Of a stretch of 64,000 bases of DNA, positions 29,356 to 39,257 are shown in pieces. How positions within the stretch are numbered: position 1 is the stretch's first letter; each line of letters begins with the position of its first letter. Where the stretch lies: the NCBI GenBank assembly GCA_016432425.1, contig CP066688.1, positions 148,368 through 212,367 on the forward strand. The letters run 5' to 3'. The translations under genes and the position numbers were made by a program. Source of the stretch: Candidatus Daviesbacteria bacterium (GTDB lineage: Bacteria > Patescibacteriota > Microgenomatia > Daviesbacterales > UBA10151). Below the pieces are notes generated by a model. It made no database searches and was not told where the DNA came from. It saw only the letters and a list, made by a program, of their open reading frames with translations.

Positions 29356-30228
29356 ATGGGAAAATATTTACAATACGCCAAAAGAAATATCCGCCGCACC
29401 CCCTTCCAGGCGATTGCTGCTTCCATGGTCATGTTTTTGACTTTTTTTGCCTTGCTGATTTTTTTAACTTTAGCAGCCGGTTCACAGGAAATCTTAAGAT
29501 TCTATGAAAGCAAACCTCAGGTAATCATTTTTTTTAAAGACAACACTAGCGCTGCCGATGTTAATGCTATCCAAAATGCCCTATCTCAAGAAGCCAGAGT
29601 CGCCAGTACCAATTATGTTTCCCAAGAAGAAGCCCTACAAATTTACAAAGAGCGCAATAAAAGTGACCCTGCCCTACTGGAGCTGGTGACAGCTAATATT
29701 TTACCGGCTTCACTGGAAATATCTGCTAAAACTCCAGAAGATCTTGGCCCAATTGCAGAACTGATGAGCAAAGAACCGGTGGTCGACCAAGTCTTGGTAC
29801 CAAAAGAAGTAGTCGCCAACCTTACTGCTGCCACTAGAGTAATCCGCATAGTAGGGCTGACCACCGTTACCTTCTTAACTGCTTTTTCTTTGCTGATTAT
29901 TTTAATGATTATTGGTTTTAAAATTCGCTTAAAAAGAAGTGAAATTGAAATCATGATGTTAATTGGGGCGCCAAATTCTCTTATCCGCATGCCTTTTATT
30001 TTGGAGGGAATTTTTTATGCTGCGGCCGGGGCGCTATCAGCCTGGGTTATTACTTATACCCTGCTTTGGTATTTCTCCCCCTTCTTACAAAATTATCTGG
30101 GGGAAGTTCAACTCTTACCAGTTAACCCTTTATTTATGCTCTCACTCTTAGGGGTCAGTCTAGTCATTTCTTTTATAATCGGAGGGATTGGTTCGCTAAT
30201 GGCTGTCAGACGTTATCTTCGTATTTAA
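29356..30228 (+). CDS. ftsX: Cell division permease FtsX
   Basis: 290 aa with 4 TM helices and a large periplasmic loop. It is immediately downstream of ftsE. Confidence 0.8.
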   Translation: MGKYLQYAKRNIRRTPFQAIAASMVMFLTFFALLIFLTLAAGSQEILRFYESKPQVIIFFKDNTSAADVNAIQNALSQEARVASTNYVSQEEALQIYKERNKSDPALLELVTANILPASLEISAKTPEDLGPIAELMSKEPVVDQVLVPKEVVANLTAATRVIRIVGLTTVTFLTAFSLLIILMIIGFKIRLKRSEIEIMMLIGAPNSLIRMPFILEGIFYAAAGALSAWVITYTLLWYFSPFLQNYLGEVQLLPVNPLFMLSLLGVSLVISFIIGGIGSLMAVRRYLRI

Positions 30229-30236
30229 GGACTCAT

Positions 30237-31448
30237 ATGAGCTTCAAAAACAAATTCACCACATTTTTGGTGACTTTATTTCTACTTACTCTCAGCTTAT
30301 CACTAGTTATTAACATCTATGCAGAGTCCTCTGATGATCTTTCAAAACAGTTACAAGAAAAATCCGTTCAAATCCAGCAATATGAAGGACAACTCCGTCA
30401 AGCCCAATCTCAGGAGAAAACTTTAAAATCCCAATTAAATATTATCGATTCCCAGGCTAAAATTACCCAGTTAAAAATTGAGGAGACTAATTTAAAAATT
30501 GAGCAGTTGGGAAGACAAATCAACGACCTCTCCGGACGGATTGACCGTATTTCTTCTTCCGTAGATACCTTGTCTCAGATTTTACTGGACCGCATCATTA
30601 AAACTTATAAATACGGCAATATCTCCACTATTGATCTATTATTTTCTTCTGCCGGTTTTTCTGATTTATTGGAAAGATTAAAATATATTCAGGTAGTACA
30701 AGCTAATGACAAAAAAGTTCTCTACCAACTTCAAGCTACCAAGGCTGCTTACTATGACCAAAAACAAGACAAGGAAACCCGCCAGGCGCAAGCAGAACAA
30801 CTTAAAAAAGACCTTGATGTTTACCAACAACAATTAACAAGTCAAAAAGCAGTAAAAAATCAGCTATTAAAAGCTACCCAAAATGACGAGCAAAAATATC
30901 AAACATTACTAGCACAAGCAAGAGCTGAATTCTTAGCTATTCAAGGAATAGTTGCAGGGAAGGGAATAGAAACTGAAGTAGGACCAGTAAGTCAGGGTCA
31001 AAAAATTGCTACCATTATAAATGGACCTTCTTGTAACTCAGGTGGCGCACATCTACATTTCACAGTTGTAAAAGATAACTTAGCCCTAAACCCATTTAAC
31101 TATTTAAGATCAATTGATAACCAAAACTGCTCTGGTTCTTCTTGTGGAAGTGGTGATGGAGATCCGTTTAGCCCTGTAGGGAGTTGGGATTGGCCAATTA
31201 GTGGACCTATACAATTAAATCAAGGATATGGCAGCACTTGGGCTGTAAGGAATACATGGGTCGGAAGAATTTATAACTTTCATAATGGACTTGATATAAT
31301 CGGACCATCTTTGGAAGTAAGAGCTGTTAAAGCTGGAATACTCTTGAGGGGGACTTATACTGGAGAAGAAGGATGTAGTTTACCATATGTACGTGTTAGG
31401 CACAGCGAAGACGGATTAGATACTTTATATCTTCACGTGTATTATTAG
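30237..31448 (+). CDS. EnvC-like coiled-coil protein with a C-terminal M23/LytM domain
   Basis: It has an N-terminal signal/TM segment and a long Q-rich coiled coil, then GGAHLHFTV and HNGLD motifs (M23 HxH / HxxxD). It is positioned after ftsEX as EnvC is. Confidence 0.65.
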   Translation: MSFKNKFTTFLVTLFLLTLSLSLVINIYAESSDDLSKQLQEKSVQIQQYEGQLRQAQSQEKTLKSQLNIIDSQAKITQLKIEETNLKIEQLGRQINDLSGRIDRISSSVDTLSQILLDRIIKTYKYGNISTIDLLFSSAGFSDLLERLKYIQVVQANDKKVLYQLQATKAAYYDQKQDKETRQAQAEQLKKDLDVYQQQLTSQKAVKNQLLKATQNDEQKYQTLLAQARAEFLAIQGIVAGKGIETEVGPVSQGQKIATIINGPSCNSGGAHLHFTVVKDNLALNPFNYLRSIDNQNCSGSSCGSGDGDPFSPVGSWDWPISGPIQLNQGYGSTWAVRNTWVGRIYNFHNGLDIIGPSLEVRAVKAGILLRGTYTGEEGCSLPYVRVRHSEDGLDTLYLHVYY

Positions 31449-31452
31449 ACTA

Positions 31453-32715
31453 GTGAGAATAAAACTTGTAGTTCTTATTCTGCTTTTCCTCTTTTTTGGG
31501 GCAAGTCCTGTATTTGCAGCTTCGGTCATCATCAATGAAATAATGTATGATCTAGAAAATTCTGACACTGGGAGGGAATGGGTTGAATTGTTTAACGAGG
31601 GAACAGATGTAGATCTAACTAATTGGCGGTTTGAGGAGGGTGGTATGCAACACACACTAACCCTAAAACAAGGCAACTCCGTGATGTCTAATGGACAGTA
31701 TGTAGTAATTGTTGATGATTACACAAAATTCCTTCAAGACTATCCAGGATTTTCGGGAACAGTTTTTGACAGTACATTCTCTTTGTTAAACACCGAAGAA
31801 AATTTAAAAATTAGAGATAGTTCCAACGGTAATATTATAAACGAAGTAACTTATACCTCTAGTCAGGGAGCTTCTGGAGATGGCAATTCATTACAAAGAA
31901 AATCTGACGGTAATTGGATTGCAGTTTCCCCCACGCCTGATGTTCAAAATGCAAGTAGCCTTCCAGCTTCTAGTCCATTAAATAACTCTCCGTCTCCAGC
32001 ACCTAGCATCTCCTCAACAACCTCTACTTCTTTCAGTTTTACCATTTCAAATATTCCTTCAAATATCAATTCAGACCAATCTTTTAGTGTATCTATCACA
32101 TTATCCCTGTTAAACAGTCAGAATACTGATTACTATTTAAAAGGGGCTTTTAAAATAAAAGACGGCACCAGATATTTAGGACTGACTAAAGTAAATGGAG
32201 ATTGGATAGAATACGGTGATGATAATACTGACCAGTACAAAATTACCACAGACTCATCCGGTAACTGGTCCGGCAGTATAGATGTAAAACCAGATGTAAA
32301 TGATAAAGATTATAAAGGGTCTGGTGATTATATTTTTAAAGTTGGTCGGCTAACATCTTCAAGCTCAAGCCCTACTTGGAGTAATGAATCAAATATCCAA
32401 ATCAATACCAAAGAGATCTTTGATAAAAATTCAAATACTCTTGAACTGACAAATAACTCACCCACTAACAAAGACAGTTCCTTTGTTGTATATGATCAAG
32501 ATTTATCGGATGAAGTATATTCTCTGGAAAAATACCGACACATTGCCAGTATAGCTGGAACTGCCACCGCCAGTCCCCTAGTGAAGGTTAGTTCCCAAAA
32601 ACAAGGTAATTTTTCTCCATTAATCTTTTTGGGTGGAGGGTTAATTTTAGCAGCTTTTTCTTATATAATTTATGAAATTATTAAACATCGAAAATTAAAA
32701 AATGATAGTCTTTAA
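31453..32715 (+). CDS. Lamin-tail-domain (LTD) surface protein with an S/T-rich region and a C-terminal TM anchor
   Basis: SVIINEIMYDLENSDTGREWVELFNEGTDVDLTNWRF matches the LTD signature. The middle is S/T-rich low complexity. The C-terminal TM is FLGGGLILAAFSYIIY. Confidence 0.65.
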   Translation: MRIKLVVLILLFLFFGASPVFAASVIINEIMYDLENSDTGREWVELFNEGTDVDLTNWRFEEGGMQHTLTLKQGNSVMSNGQYVVIVDDYTKFLQDYPGFSGTVFDSTFSLLNTEENLKIRDSSNGNIINEVTYTSSQGASGDGNSLQRKSDGNWIAVSPTPDVQNASSLPASSPLNNSPSPAPSISSTTSTSFSFTISNIPSNINSDQSFSVSITLSLLNSQNTDYYLKGAFKIKDGTRYLGLTKVNGDWIEYGDDNTDQYKITTDSSGNWSGSIDVKPDVNDKDYKGSGDYIFKVGRLTSSSSSPTWSNESNIQINTKEIFDKNSNTLELTNNSPTNKDSSFVVYDQDLSDEVYSLEKYRHIASIAGTATASPLVKVSSQKQGNFSPLIFLGGGLILAAFSYIIYEIIKHRKLKNDSL

Positions 32716-33166
32716 GCAGAGCTTGAAAATTTCTAAAGAAATTTATAAATCAAATTCACCTTCTCAAACCCAAAAAATTGCTGCTGGCTTAGCAGCCAAA
32801 ATTAAATCCGGAGTTATTGCTTTAACCGGTAGCTTGGGAGCCGGCAAGACAACTTTTACCCAAGGTTTTGCCAAAGGTTTGGGAATTACAGAGAAGGTGG
32901 CTTCGCCAACCTTCATGTTAATCAGGCAACACCCCATTCCTAAACTTGAAAAAAATCTTTATCATATTGATCTTTACCGATTGGAAGACCCCATTGATAT
33001 TAAATCATTGGGGATCGAAGAAATTATAAATAATCCAGAGAATTTGAGTTTGATTGAATGGGCAGAAAAAATTAAAGACCAACTTCCTCAAAATACTATT
33101 TTTGTAAACATCAAAATTATTGCTGGGGAGAAACGGGTTATTGAAGTTGAATCAGGTCTTGTCTAG
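32702..33166 (+). CDS. tsaE: tRNA t6A biosynthesis ATPase TsaE
   Basis: GSLGAGKTTFTQGFAKGLGI (P-loop) and HIDLYRL are conserved TsaE/YjeE motifs. Confidence 0.8.
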   Translation: MIVFKQSLKISKEIYKSNSPSQTQKIAAGLAAKIKSGVIALTGSLGAGKTTFTQGFAKGLGITEKVASPTFMLIRQHPIPKLEKNLYHIDLYRLEDPIDIKSLGIEEIINNPENLSLIEWAEKIKDQLPQNTIFVNIKIIAGEKRVIEVESGLV

Positions 33167-34682
33167 TTTCTACAATTATAACTCCAATATTTTCTGTAGA
33201 TATTAAAGGTAAATTCTTAAAACTATTTTCCCATAAATGACGCTGACCAATTTGATCCGGCTCTTTAATTAAAAAAACTAAACCAGAATCAGGAGGGTTG
33301 CTACCGGTATTAAGTTTTTCTTTTTGGGAAATGTAGGTTGGTTTATTTGGCAAATAAGCATAATCTTTTGGCACAAATCCGTATTTTTTTAAACCTCTCC
33401 ACCAATAGAGATATTGATAGGGATAATCAATCACTGAGGGCATATAAACATAAACTTTAAAATTTTTACCATTTGCTTTTTGGTAAGTATAATCAACTAC
33501 CGCCAACTCATTTCTTAAAACTGAGTTACCATTATCCCCAACTTGAAAAGCTTTCAGATAATCTGCCATATTTTTAATCGCAAAAATTAATAATACACTA
33601 ACTAAAATTACAGAGATAATCTTTCCCAAGGAAGAAATCTTTTGCAGCACAAAAAAGACAAATCCCACCAAGATTATTGAAACTACTAATACCTCGTTTA
33701 AATACCAGCTAGCCAGTCCTAATTTTAGGAATACAACTCCTACCAGCGGCACAAACAAAAGCAGTAAAGTAATTAAGGTAAAATTATCTTTTTTAAATTT
33801 TTTTAAATAAATTAATAAAGTAACCGGAAAAAGAAAAGTCATCAGTTTAGTAAAAAATTCAAAATTCATAAAGGTAGGCAGTAGACTATTATAAAATCCG
33901 TTATATACTTCAATTATTCTTGGGAGAGAGGCTGTTTTTATATCCCCATGGGAAGTAGATTTATAATCAAGGATGGCTTTAACTAAAGAAGAGCCATGTT
34001 TAAGGTTAAATAAAATTTGGGGAATAAAAGTTGCCAGAAAAACTAATACCCCCAGATAAAAACTTTTTTTCTTAAATAAATCCCATCTTTTCGCTAAAAT
34101 TACCGTCAATAATAATATTACCGGCATAAATACCCCCACTGCCACCTCAAAATGGAAAAAGATCCCAGCTAAAAACCAGGCCAATAAATTAGCCCAAATT
34201 TTTCCTGTTTCTAAATATTTCCATAAAGCAAAAATAAAAACCGGAGTTAGAAAAAGTATCGGATTGGGGTTTAAGGCATATTGGCTACCCAGTAATATAT
34301 AATTAGAGGCAATCCAAAGCGCCGCCACTCCTACCATAGCCATCCTGCCATAAAATTTATTAACTAAATAGAGGAGAAAATAGCCACCTACAGCCCAAAG
34401 AAAAATTTCCAGTAAGATTGCAGCGTAAGGGTGACCGCCAGATAAGATAAACGGAATTGATAAAAGATAGTACCATCCCGGGCCGTAAAACAAACCTTCA
34501 ATAGAAGTTGTTTGGCCGATTAAACGCGGTTTTTGCAAAACCACCATCTCCCGGACATCCACCATGTCCCGAGCATTATCCATGTTAAAAATAAAATTAT
34601 TATTACTGCTTAAAATTAAACGGTAAATAAGTCCAATTAAAATTAGCAACAAAATAATTACCTGATTTTTGCTTAATCTCAT
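33138..34682 (-). CDS. Polytopic membrane protein, GT-C-like (a paralog of the next gene)
   Basis: 514 aa. It has an N-terminal NMDNARDMVDV first-loop motif and ~11 TM helices, then a C-terminal soluble domain. Confidence 0.45.
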   Translation of the reverse strand: MRLSKNQVIILLLILIGLIYRLILSSNNNFIFNMDNARDMVDVREMVVLQKPRLIGQTTSIEGLFYGPGWYYLLSIPFILSGGHPYAAILLEIFLWAVGGYFLLYLVNKFYGRMAMVGVAALWIASNYILLGSQYALNPNPILFLTPVFIFALWKYLETGKIWANLLAWFLAGIFFHFEVAVGVFMPVILLLTVILAKRWDLFKKKSFYLGVLVFLATFIPQILFNLKHGSSLVKAILDYKSTSHGDIKTASLPRIIEVYNGFYNSLLPTFMNFEFFTKLMTFLFPVTLLIYLKKFKKDNFTLITLLLLFVPLVGVVFLKLGLASWYLNEVLVVSIILVGFVFFVLQKISSLGKIISVILVSVLLIFAIKNMADYLKAFQVGDNGNSVLRNELAVVDYTYQKANGKNFKVYVYMPSVIDYPYQYLYWWRGLKKYGFVPKDYAYLPNKPTYISQKEKLNTGSNPPDSGLVFLIKEPDQIGQRHLWENSFKNLPLISTENIGVIIVETRQDLIQLQ

Positions 34683-34703
34683 AATGAAATTAGAAGGTTC
34701 CCT

Positions 34704-36290
34704 TCATATCTTTATTCTCTTTTGCACTACTATGCTACCAAATTTTTTTTCCTCAATTACTTTGGTAAAATAGCCTTCTTCCCTTAAATAATCATTAATT
34801 AAATGGGTGGCAATTCCTCTGGTTGGCTCAACAATAACATATCTACTTTCTGGCAAACCTTCCTGCTTTTCCTGTACCGTTAAATTACCGGGGTAACCCA
34901 AAGCATTTTTGCCATTCCATAAAGGGAGATATCCATACTTATTTTTTCCATACCATTCAAATAAATAACTCCAGGTAGTGTTGACAAAAAAAGGTAAAGT
35001 CACTGCTTTTACCGCAAAGGGTTCTCCCCTGGCATCAGTGTATAAAAAATCCAGACTTTTTTTCTGGTCCCCCAAGAGCATCCCTTGTTGAACATCTATT
35101 TCTGATATCGTTCCTTGAGGATTTAAAGTTTGAATTAAATTAAAATTATTTAAGAATATTAAAATTAAAAGTATTACTCCGGCAATAAAATATTTTTCAA
35201 AAATAAACCCCAATAAAAAGGCCACAAAAATCAGTAAGGCCAAGGATACCCCGACATTGGGATAAAAAAGCGGGATATCGCGTTGCAGGTTTTCTACACC
35301 CCCATGGATAACAAAAGTTACAAAAATACTAAAAAACCAAATTCCTAAAAATATTAGCTGTTTTGGAAAATGACCTTTCCATAAGACCCACAAAAATACT
35401 AATCCCAAAATAGTTGCTAAAATGGTATTAAAATTTTCGCTGAAGTTAAAAGTTAACATCCGAGAAACTGTATAAAAATAAGTTTGCCAAATATTCACCA
35501 GGGTTTTTTGAGTATTAAAATTAGAGAGCCCTAAAAGGCCTTGTAGCATAGGGAAACCAAATTTAACTTCAGCCAGGACAAAAGTAGCCACAGTTAAAAA
35601 TCCTGTCCCTAAACTTAATAACCAAAGTTTAATTGGCACACTCTTAAAATCCTTATAAAAAATAACTACAATCAAGAAAAAAGGTAAAGTCAAATAAAGC
35701 AGAGCAAATTGAAATTGAATGGAAAATCCCAAACCCAAAAAGGTAAGCGGCAAACCATGATAGTTTTTCGCAAAAATTACAGCAGCTAGCCCTAGGTACA
35801 TTAACAAAACAGATATCACGGCGGGAGCAGGGTTACCCATATAAATGGCAAATTGAGTCTGCTCAAAAGAAATGGCAAAAAGAATGGCCGATAATAATCC
35901 TATTTTTTTATTAAAAAGAATTTTTCCCAGATAAAAAATTAAAAATACACCTAAAGCATTTAAAATCCGCAAGATTAAAGCCGTAAACTCCGGGCTCATA
36001 TTTCCTAAAAAGTAAAACGGGGAAAGCAAATAATAATATAGCACTCCATGGAATAAACCAGGAAAAGAAGTTGACGGTCCGATTATTTTTAAATTACCCC
36101 CAGCAATTTCTAAAGCCTGATAAGCGTCTCTGGCCTGATCAAAACCAAAATAAATATTATTTGGAAAATAAAGCAGTCTTAAAAACAAAGCCCCCAGAAA
36201 AATTATTAATAACAATGTCTTCACTATATGGATAATAACATTTTCCAGAATTAAATTAATATACTTTCTAATAAACTTCCGCACACTCAA
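34704..36290 (-). CDS. Polytopic membrane protein, GT-C-like
   Basis: 528 aa. It carries a GFDQARDAYQALEI first-loop motif and has the same architecture as 33138..34682. Confidence 0.45.
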   Translation of the reverse strand: MSVRKFIRKYINLILENVIIHIVKTLLLIIFLGALFLRLLYFPNNIYFGFDQARDAYQALEIAGGNLKIIGPSTSFPGLFHGVLYYYLLSPFYFLGNMSPEFTALILRILNALGVFLIFYLGKILFNKKIGLLSAILFAISFEQTQFAIYMGNPAPAVISVLLMYLGLAAVIFAKNYHGLPLTFLGLGFSIQFQFALLYLTLPFFLIVVIFYKDFKSVPIKLWLLSLGTGFLTVATFVLAEVKFGFPMLQGLLGLSNFNTQKTLVNIWQTYFYTVSRMLTFNFSENFNTILATILGLVFLWVLWKGHFPKQLIFLGIWFFSIFVTFVIHGGVENLQRDIPLFYPNVGVSLALLIFVAFLLGFIFEKYFIAGVILLILIFLNNFNLIQTLNPQGTISEIDVQQGMLLGDQKKSLDFLYTDARGEPFAVKAVTLPFFVNTTWSYLFEWYGKNKYGYLPLWNGKNALGYPGNLTVQEKQEGLPESRYVIVEPTRGIATHLINDYLREEGYFTKVIEEKKFGSIVVQKRIKI

Positions 36291-36390
36291 GAGTCCGCGG
36301 TTTTCTGTGATTTAAGTTTACAAACTTACAAGAAAACCCTACCAAAATTTTCCCCCAACCCCGCGGAAGTGTGTAATTACTTTTCAGTTG

Positions 36391-36422
36391 AACCCCGCTT
36401 TGAGAAAGCGGGGTTTTCTTGT
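36391..36422 (+). terminator. Rho-independent terminator-like hairpin (T-tract on the plus strand only)
   Basis: AACCCCGCTTT-gaga-AAGCGGGGTT followed by TTCTT. The flanking genes are both on the minus strand, so its role is unclear. Confidence 0.3.
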
Positions 36423-36482
36423 AATTATAAATTTATTTAAAATAGCACCAAACTTTATACTATCGTGGGGACTTTGGCATAA

Positions 36483-39191
36483 TTAGTTCGGGTAGTGACA
36501 CTTTTTATATTTTTTACCAGATCCACAATAGCAGGGATCATTGCGGCCAATTTTACCATGGGCCTTATTTAATTGTCCCCTCTCCCCATAGATTTTTTCA
36601 TCCACAATTTCCCCATTTCTCTCAATAGTCACCTTTGTTTGCCCACTACGATCTTCTTTATCTAAAGCAGAAATTAACTCCCCAGTATTTTCAATCATCG
36701 CATCTTCATCCAAAGCTTCCTCATGTATTTCCACCGCTCGGCTTAAATCAACTGGTGCTGGCTGGCTAACTTGCCCTTGCAGTGAAAATTTATAAATCCG
36801 ATGAACCACCTCATAGTCAATTTGTGCCACTAATTTTTCAAATAAATCAAATGCCTCTCTCTTGTATTCAACCAAGGGGTCTCTCCCGGCGTAACCCCGC
36901 AACCCAATTCCTGCCCTCAAATCATCAATGGTGTCTAAATGTTCAACCCACAGCGTATCAATAGTATTTAAATAAACAAAACTTTCCATTTGACGCATTA
37001 CTTCTGAGCTCACTTGGTTTTCTTTTTGCTGATAAAAATCCCGCGAGAGATTAATTAAAAATTCTCTAATTTCGCCTGTCGATTTAAATTCCTCTAATTT
37101 TTTCTGCAAATCTTTTTGGCTTGTTTCATCCAGCGGGACAATGGCGCTATAATCTTGGACAATTTTTTTAAGATCTATTTCTCCCTCTGCTAATACATCC
37201 ACGATAATTGTAACTTCATTTTGAATTTTTTCCCAGATTAAATCTTTTAAATTATTTTCTCTACTGTTTCCTACTTCTAAAATTTGATCCCGCAAACCAT
37301 AAATAATCTGGCGCTGTTGGTTCATCACATCATCGTATTCTACGGTACTTTTACGAATATCAAAGTTGCGGGATTCAACTTTTTTCTGCGCCCCTTCCAA
37401 AGCTTTACTTACCATCCCGTGTTCAATGGGAGTATCTTCACTCATCTTTAAAAAACCCATCACCCTGGCTACCTGATCACCTCCAAAAATTCGCATCAAA
37501 TCATCCTCCAGGGAAACAAAAAAGCGCGAAGCCCCCAGATCACCTTGGCGGCCAGACCGGCCCCGTAATTGATTGTCAATCCGCCGCGATTCATGGCGTT
37601 CTGTCCCAATGACATATAATCCCCCCACTTTATCTACTCCTTTACCTAGCTTAATATCAACTCCCCGACCAGCCATATTGGTGGCTACAGTCACCGCTCC
37701 TTTTTCCCCGGCCTTCGAGATAATCTCCGCTTCTTTTTCATGATTTTTGGCATTTAACAGGGCATGGGAAATACCTTTTCTTTTCAGCAACTCGGATAAA
37801 AATTCATTTTTTTCAATGGAGGTAGTACCAACTAAAACCGGCTGGCCATTTTGGTACAACTCCGACACTAAATTAGCCACCGCAGTATATTTGGCAGTTT
37901 GAGTTTTATAAACAGTATCCGGATGATCAATTCTGACCATTGGTTTGTTAGTGGGAACTACTACCACATCTAATTTATAAATTTTATGGAACTCTTCTGC
38001 TTCTGTGACCGCTGTTCCGGTCATGCCGGCTAATTTTTCATACATGCGGAAATAATTTTGAAAAGAGACTGTGGCTAAAGTTTGGCTTTCCTGCTGAATT
38101 TCTACCCCCTCTTTTGCTTCAATGGCTTGATGCAGTCCTTCTGAATAACGCCGCCCCGGCATCAGTCTGCCGGTAAATTCATCCACAATAATCACTTGTC
38201 CGTCTTTGACCACGTAATCGCGGTCTTTTTGGAATAAGGCTTTAGCTTTTAGAGCCTCTTCCAGATGATGCAAGGTAGAAAAATCCCGCTCATACAAATT
38301 ATCTACTCCCAACATTTTTTCAATTTTGACCACTCCATGCTCAGTTAAATTGGCAGTCCGCAATTTTTCATCAATCACAAAATCAGTTTCCGAAGAAAGG
38401 GTATCAATAATTTTGGAAAATTGTTTATATTTTTCTGTCGGTTCCTGAGCCGGAGCGGAAATAATTAAGGGAGTTCTGGCTTCATCAATTAAAATTGAGT
38501 CTACCTCATCAACTACGGTAAAAAAATGTCCGCGCTGCACTTTATCAGCCAGTCTCAAAACCATGTTGTCCCGCAAATAATCAAAACCAAATTCATTGTT
38601 AGTACCATAGGTAATATCAGCTCTATAAGCCTCCTGGCGAGAGATAGGTTTTAAGTGTTGCAAACGAGGATCGCTGTGTTTGGGGTCTTTGAATTTGGGA
38701 TCATAGACAAAAGCTTCTTCATGGACGATAGCGGCACAGCTGGCACCTAAACAAAAGTAAATAGGCCCCATCCAACCGGCATCTCGTTTGGCCAAATAAT
38801 CATTTACCGTCACTAAATGAACGCCATTGCCGGCTATGGCATTTAAAAATAGGGCGGGGGAGGCAGATAAAGTTTTACCTTCACCGGTTCTTTGCTCGGC
38901 AATCTTACCTTGGTGTAAAGTAATGGCTGCCAAAAGTTGCACGTCAAAATGTCGCTCCTTATTAACTCTTAAAGAAGCTTCCCTAACGCAGGCAAAAACT
39001 TCCGGCAAAAGCTCATCTAAACTCTCCCCTTTTTTCAACCTACCTTGAAATTCAGCAAATTTTCCTCGAAGTTGACTAGGGGTTAGCTTAGAAACTTTTT
39101 TTTCCAGCTGATTAATTTTTTCAATTAGAGGTTTTAATTTATTAACCTCCCGTTCATTAGAATCAATTAACTTACCAAATAATCCCAACAT
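36483..39191 (-). CDS. secA: Preprotein translocase ATPase SecA
   Basis: 902 aa with DEAD-like motor motifs. The C-terminal zinc-binding tail is CYCGSGKKYKKCH. Confidence 0.95.
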   Translation of the reverse strand: MLGLFGKLIDSNEREVNKLKPLIEKINQLEKKVSKLTPSQLRGKFAEFQGRLKKGESLDELLPEVFACVREASLRVNKERHFDVQLLAAITLHQGKIAEQRTGEGKTLSASPALFLNAIAGNGVHLVTVNDYLAKRDAGWMGPIYFCLGASCAAIVHEEAFVYDPKFKDPKHSDPRLQHLKPISRQEAYRADITYGTNNEFGFDYLRDNMVLRLADKVQRGHFFTVVDEVDSILIDEARTPLIISAPAQEPTEKYKQFSKIIDTLSSETDFVIDEKLRTANLTEHGVVKIEKMLGVDNLYERDFSTLHHLEEALKAKALFQKDRDYVVKDGQVIIVDEFTGRLMPGRRYSEGLHQAIEAKEGVEIQQESQTLATVSFQNYFRMYEKLAGMTGTAVTEAEEFHKIYKLDVVVVPTNKPMVRIDHPDTVYKTQTAKYTAVANLVSELYQNGQPVLVGTTSIEKNEFLSELLKRKGISHALLNAKNHEKEAEIISKAGEKGAVTVATNMAGRGVDIKLGKGVDKVGGLYVIGTERHESRRIDNQLRGRSGRQGDLGASRFFVSLEDDLMRIFGGDQVARVMGFLKMSEDTPIEHGMVSKALEGAQKKVESRNFDIRKSTVEYDDVMNQQRQIIYGLRDQILEVGNSRENNLKDLIWEKIQNEVTIIVDVLAEGEIDLKKIVQDYSAIVPLDETSQKDLQKKLEEFKSTGEIREFLINLSRDFYQQKENQVSSEVMRQMESFVYLNTIDTLWVEHLDTIDDLRAGIGLRGYAGRDPLVEYKREAFDLFEKLVAQIDYEVVHRIYKFSLQGQVSQPAPVDLSRAVEIHEEALDEDAMIENTGELISALDKEDRSGQTKVTIERNGEIVDEKIYGERGQLNKAHGKIGRNDPCYCGSGKKYKKCHYPN

Positions 39192-39257
39192 AACTTCATA
39201 TTATACCTAAATAATTGACAATTTTATACTCTTTCCTTTACACTTAACTCACTGCCT

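Noticed and set aside
36296-36375. Putative structured ncRNA formed by CCGCGG-containing inverted repeats downstream of secA
   Set aside because: The complementarity is imperfect (CTTCCGCACACT versus CGCGGAAGTGTGT share only about 7 nt), and no known RNA family is recognisable by eye. It is mentioned only within the intergenic finding.
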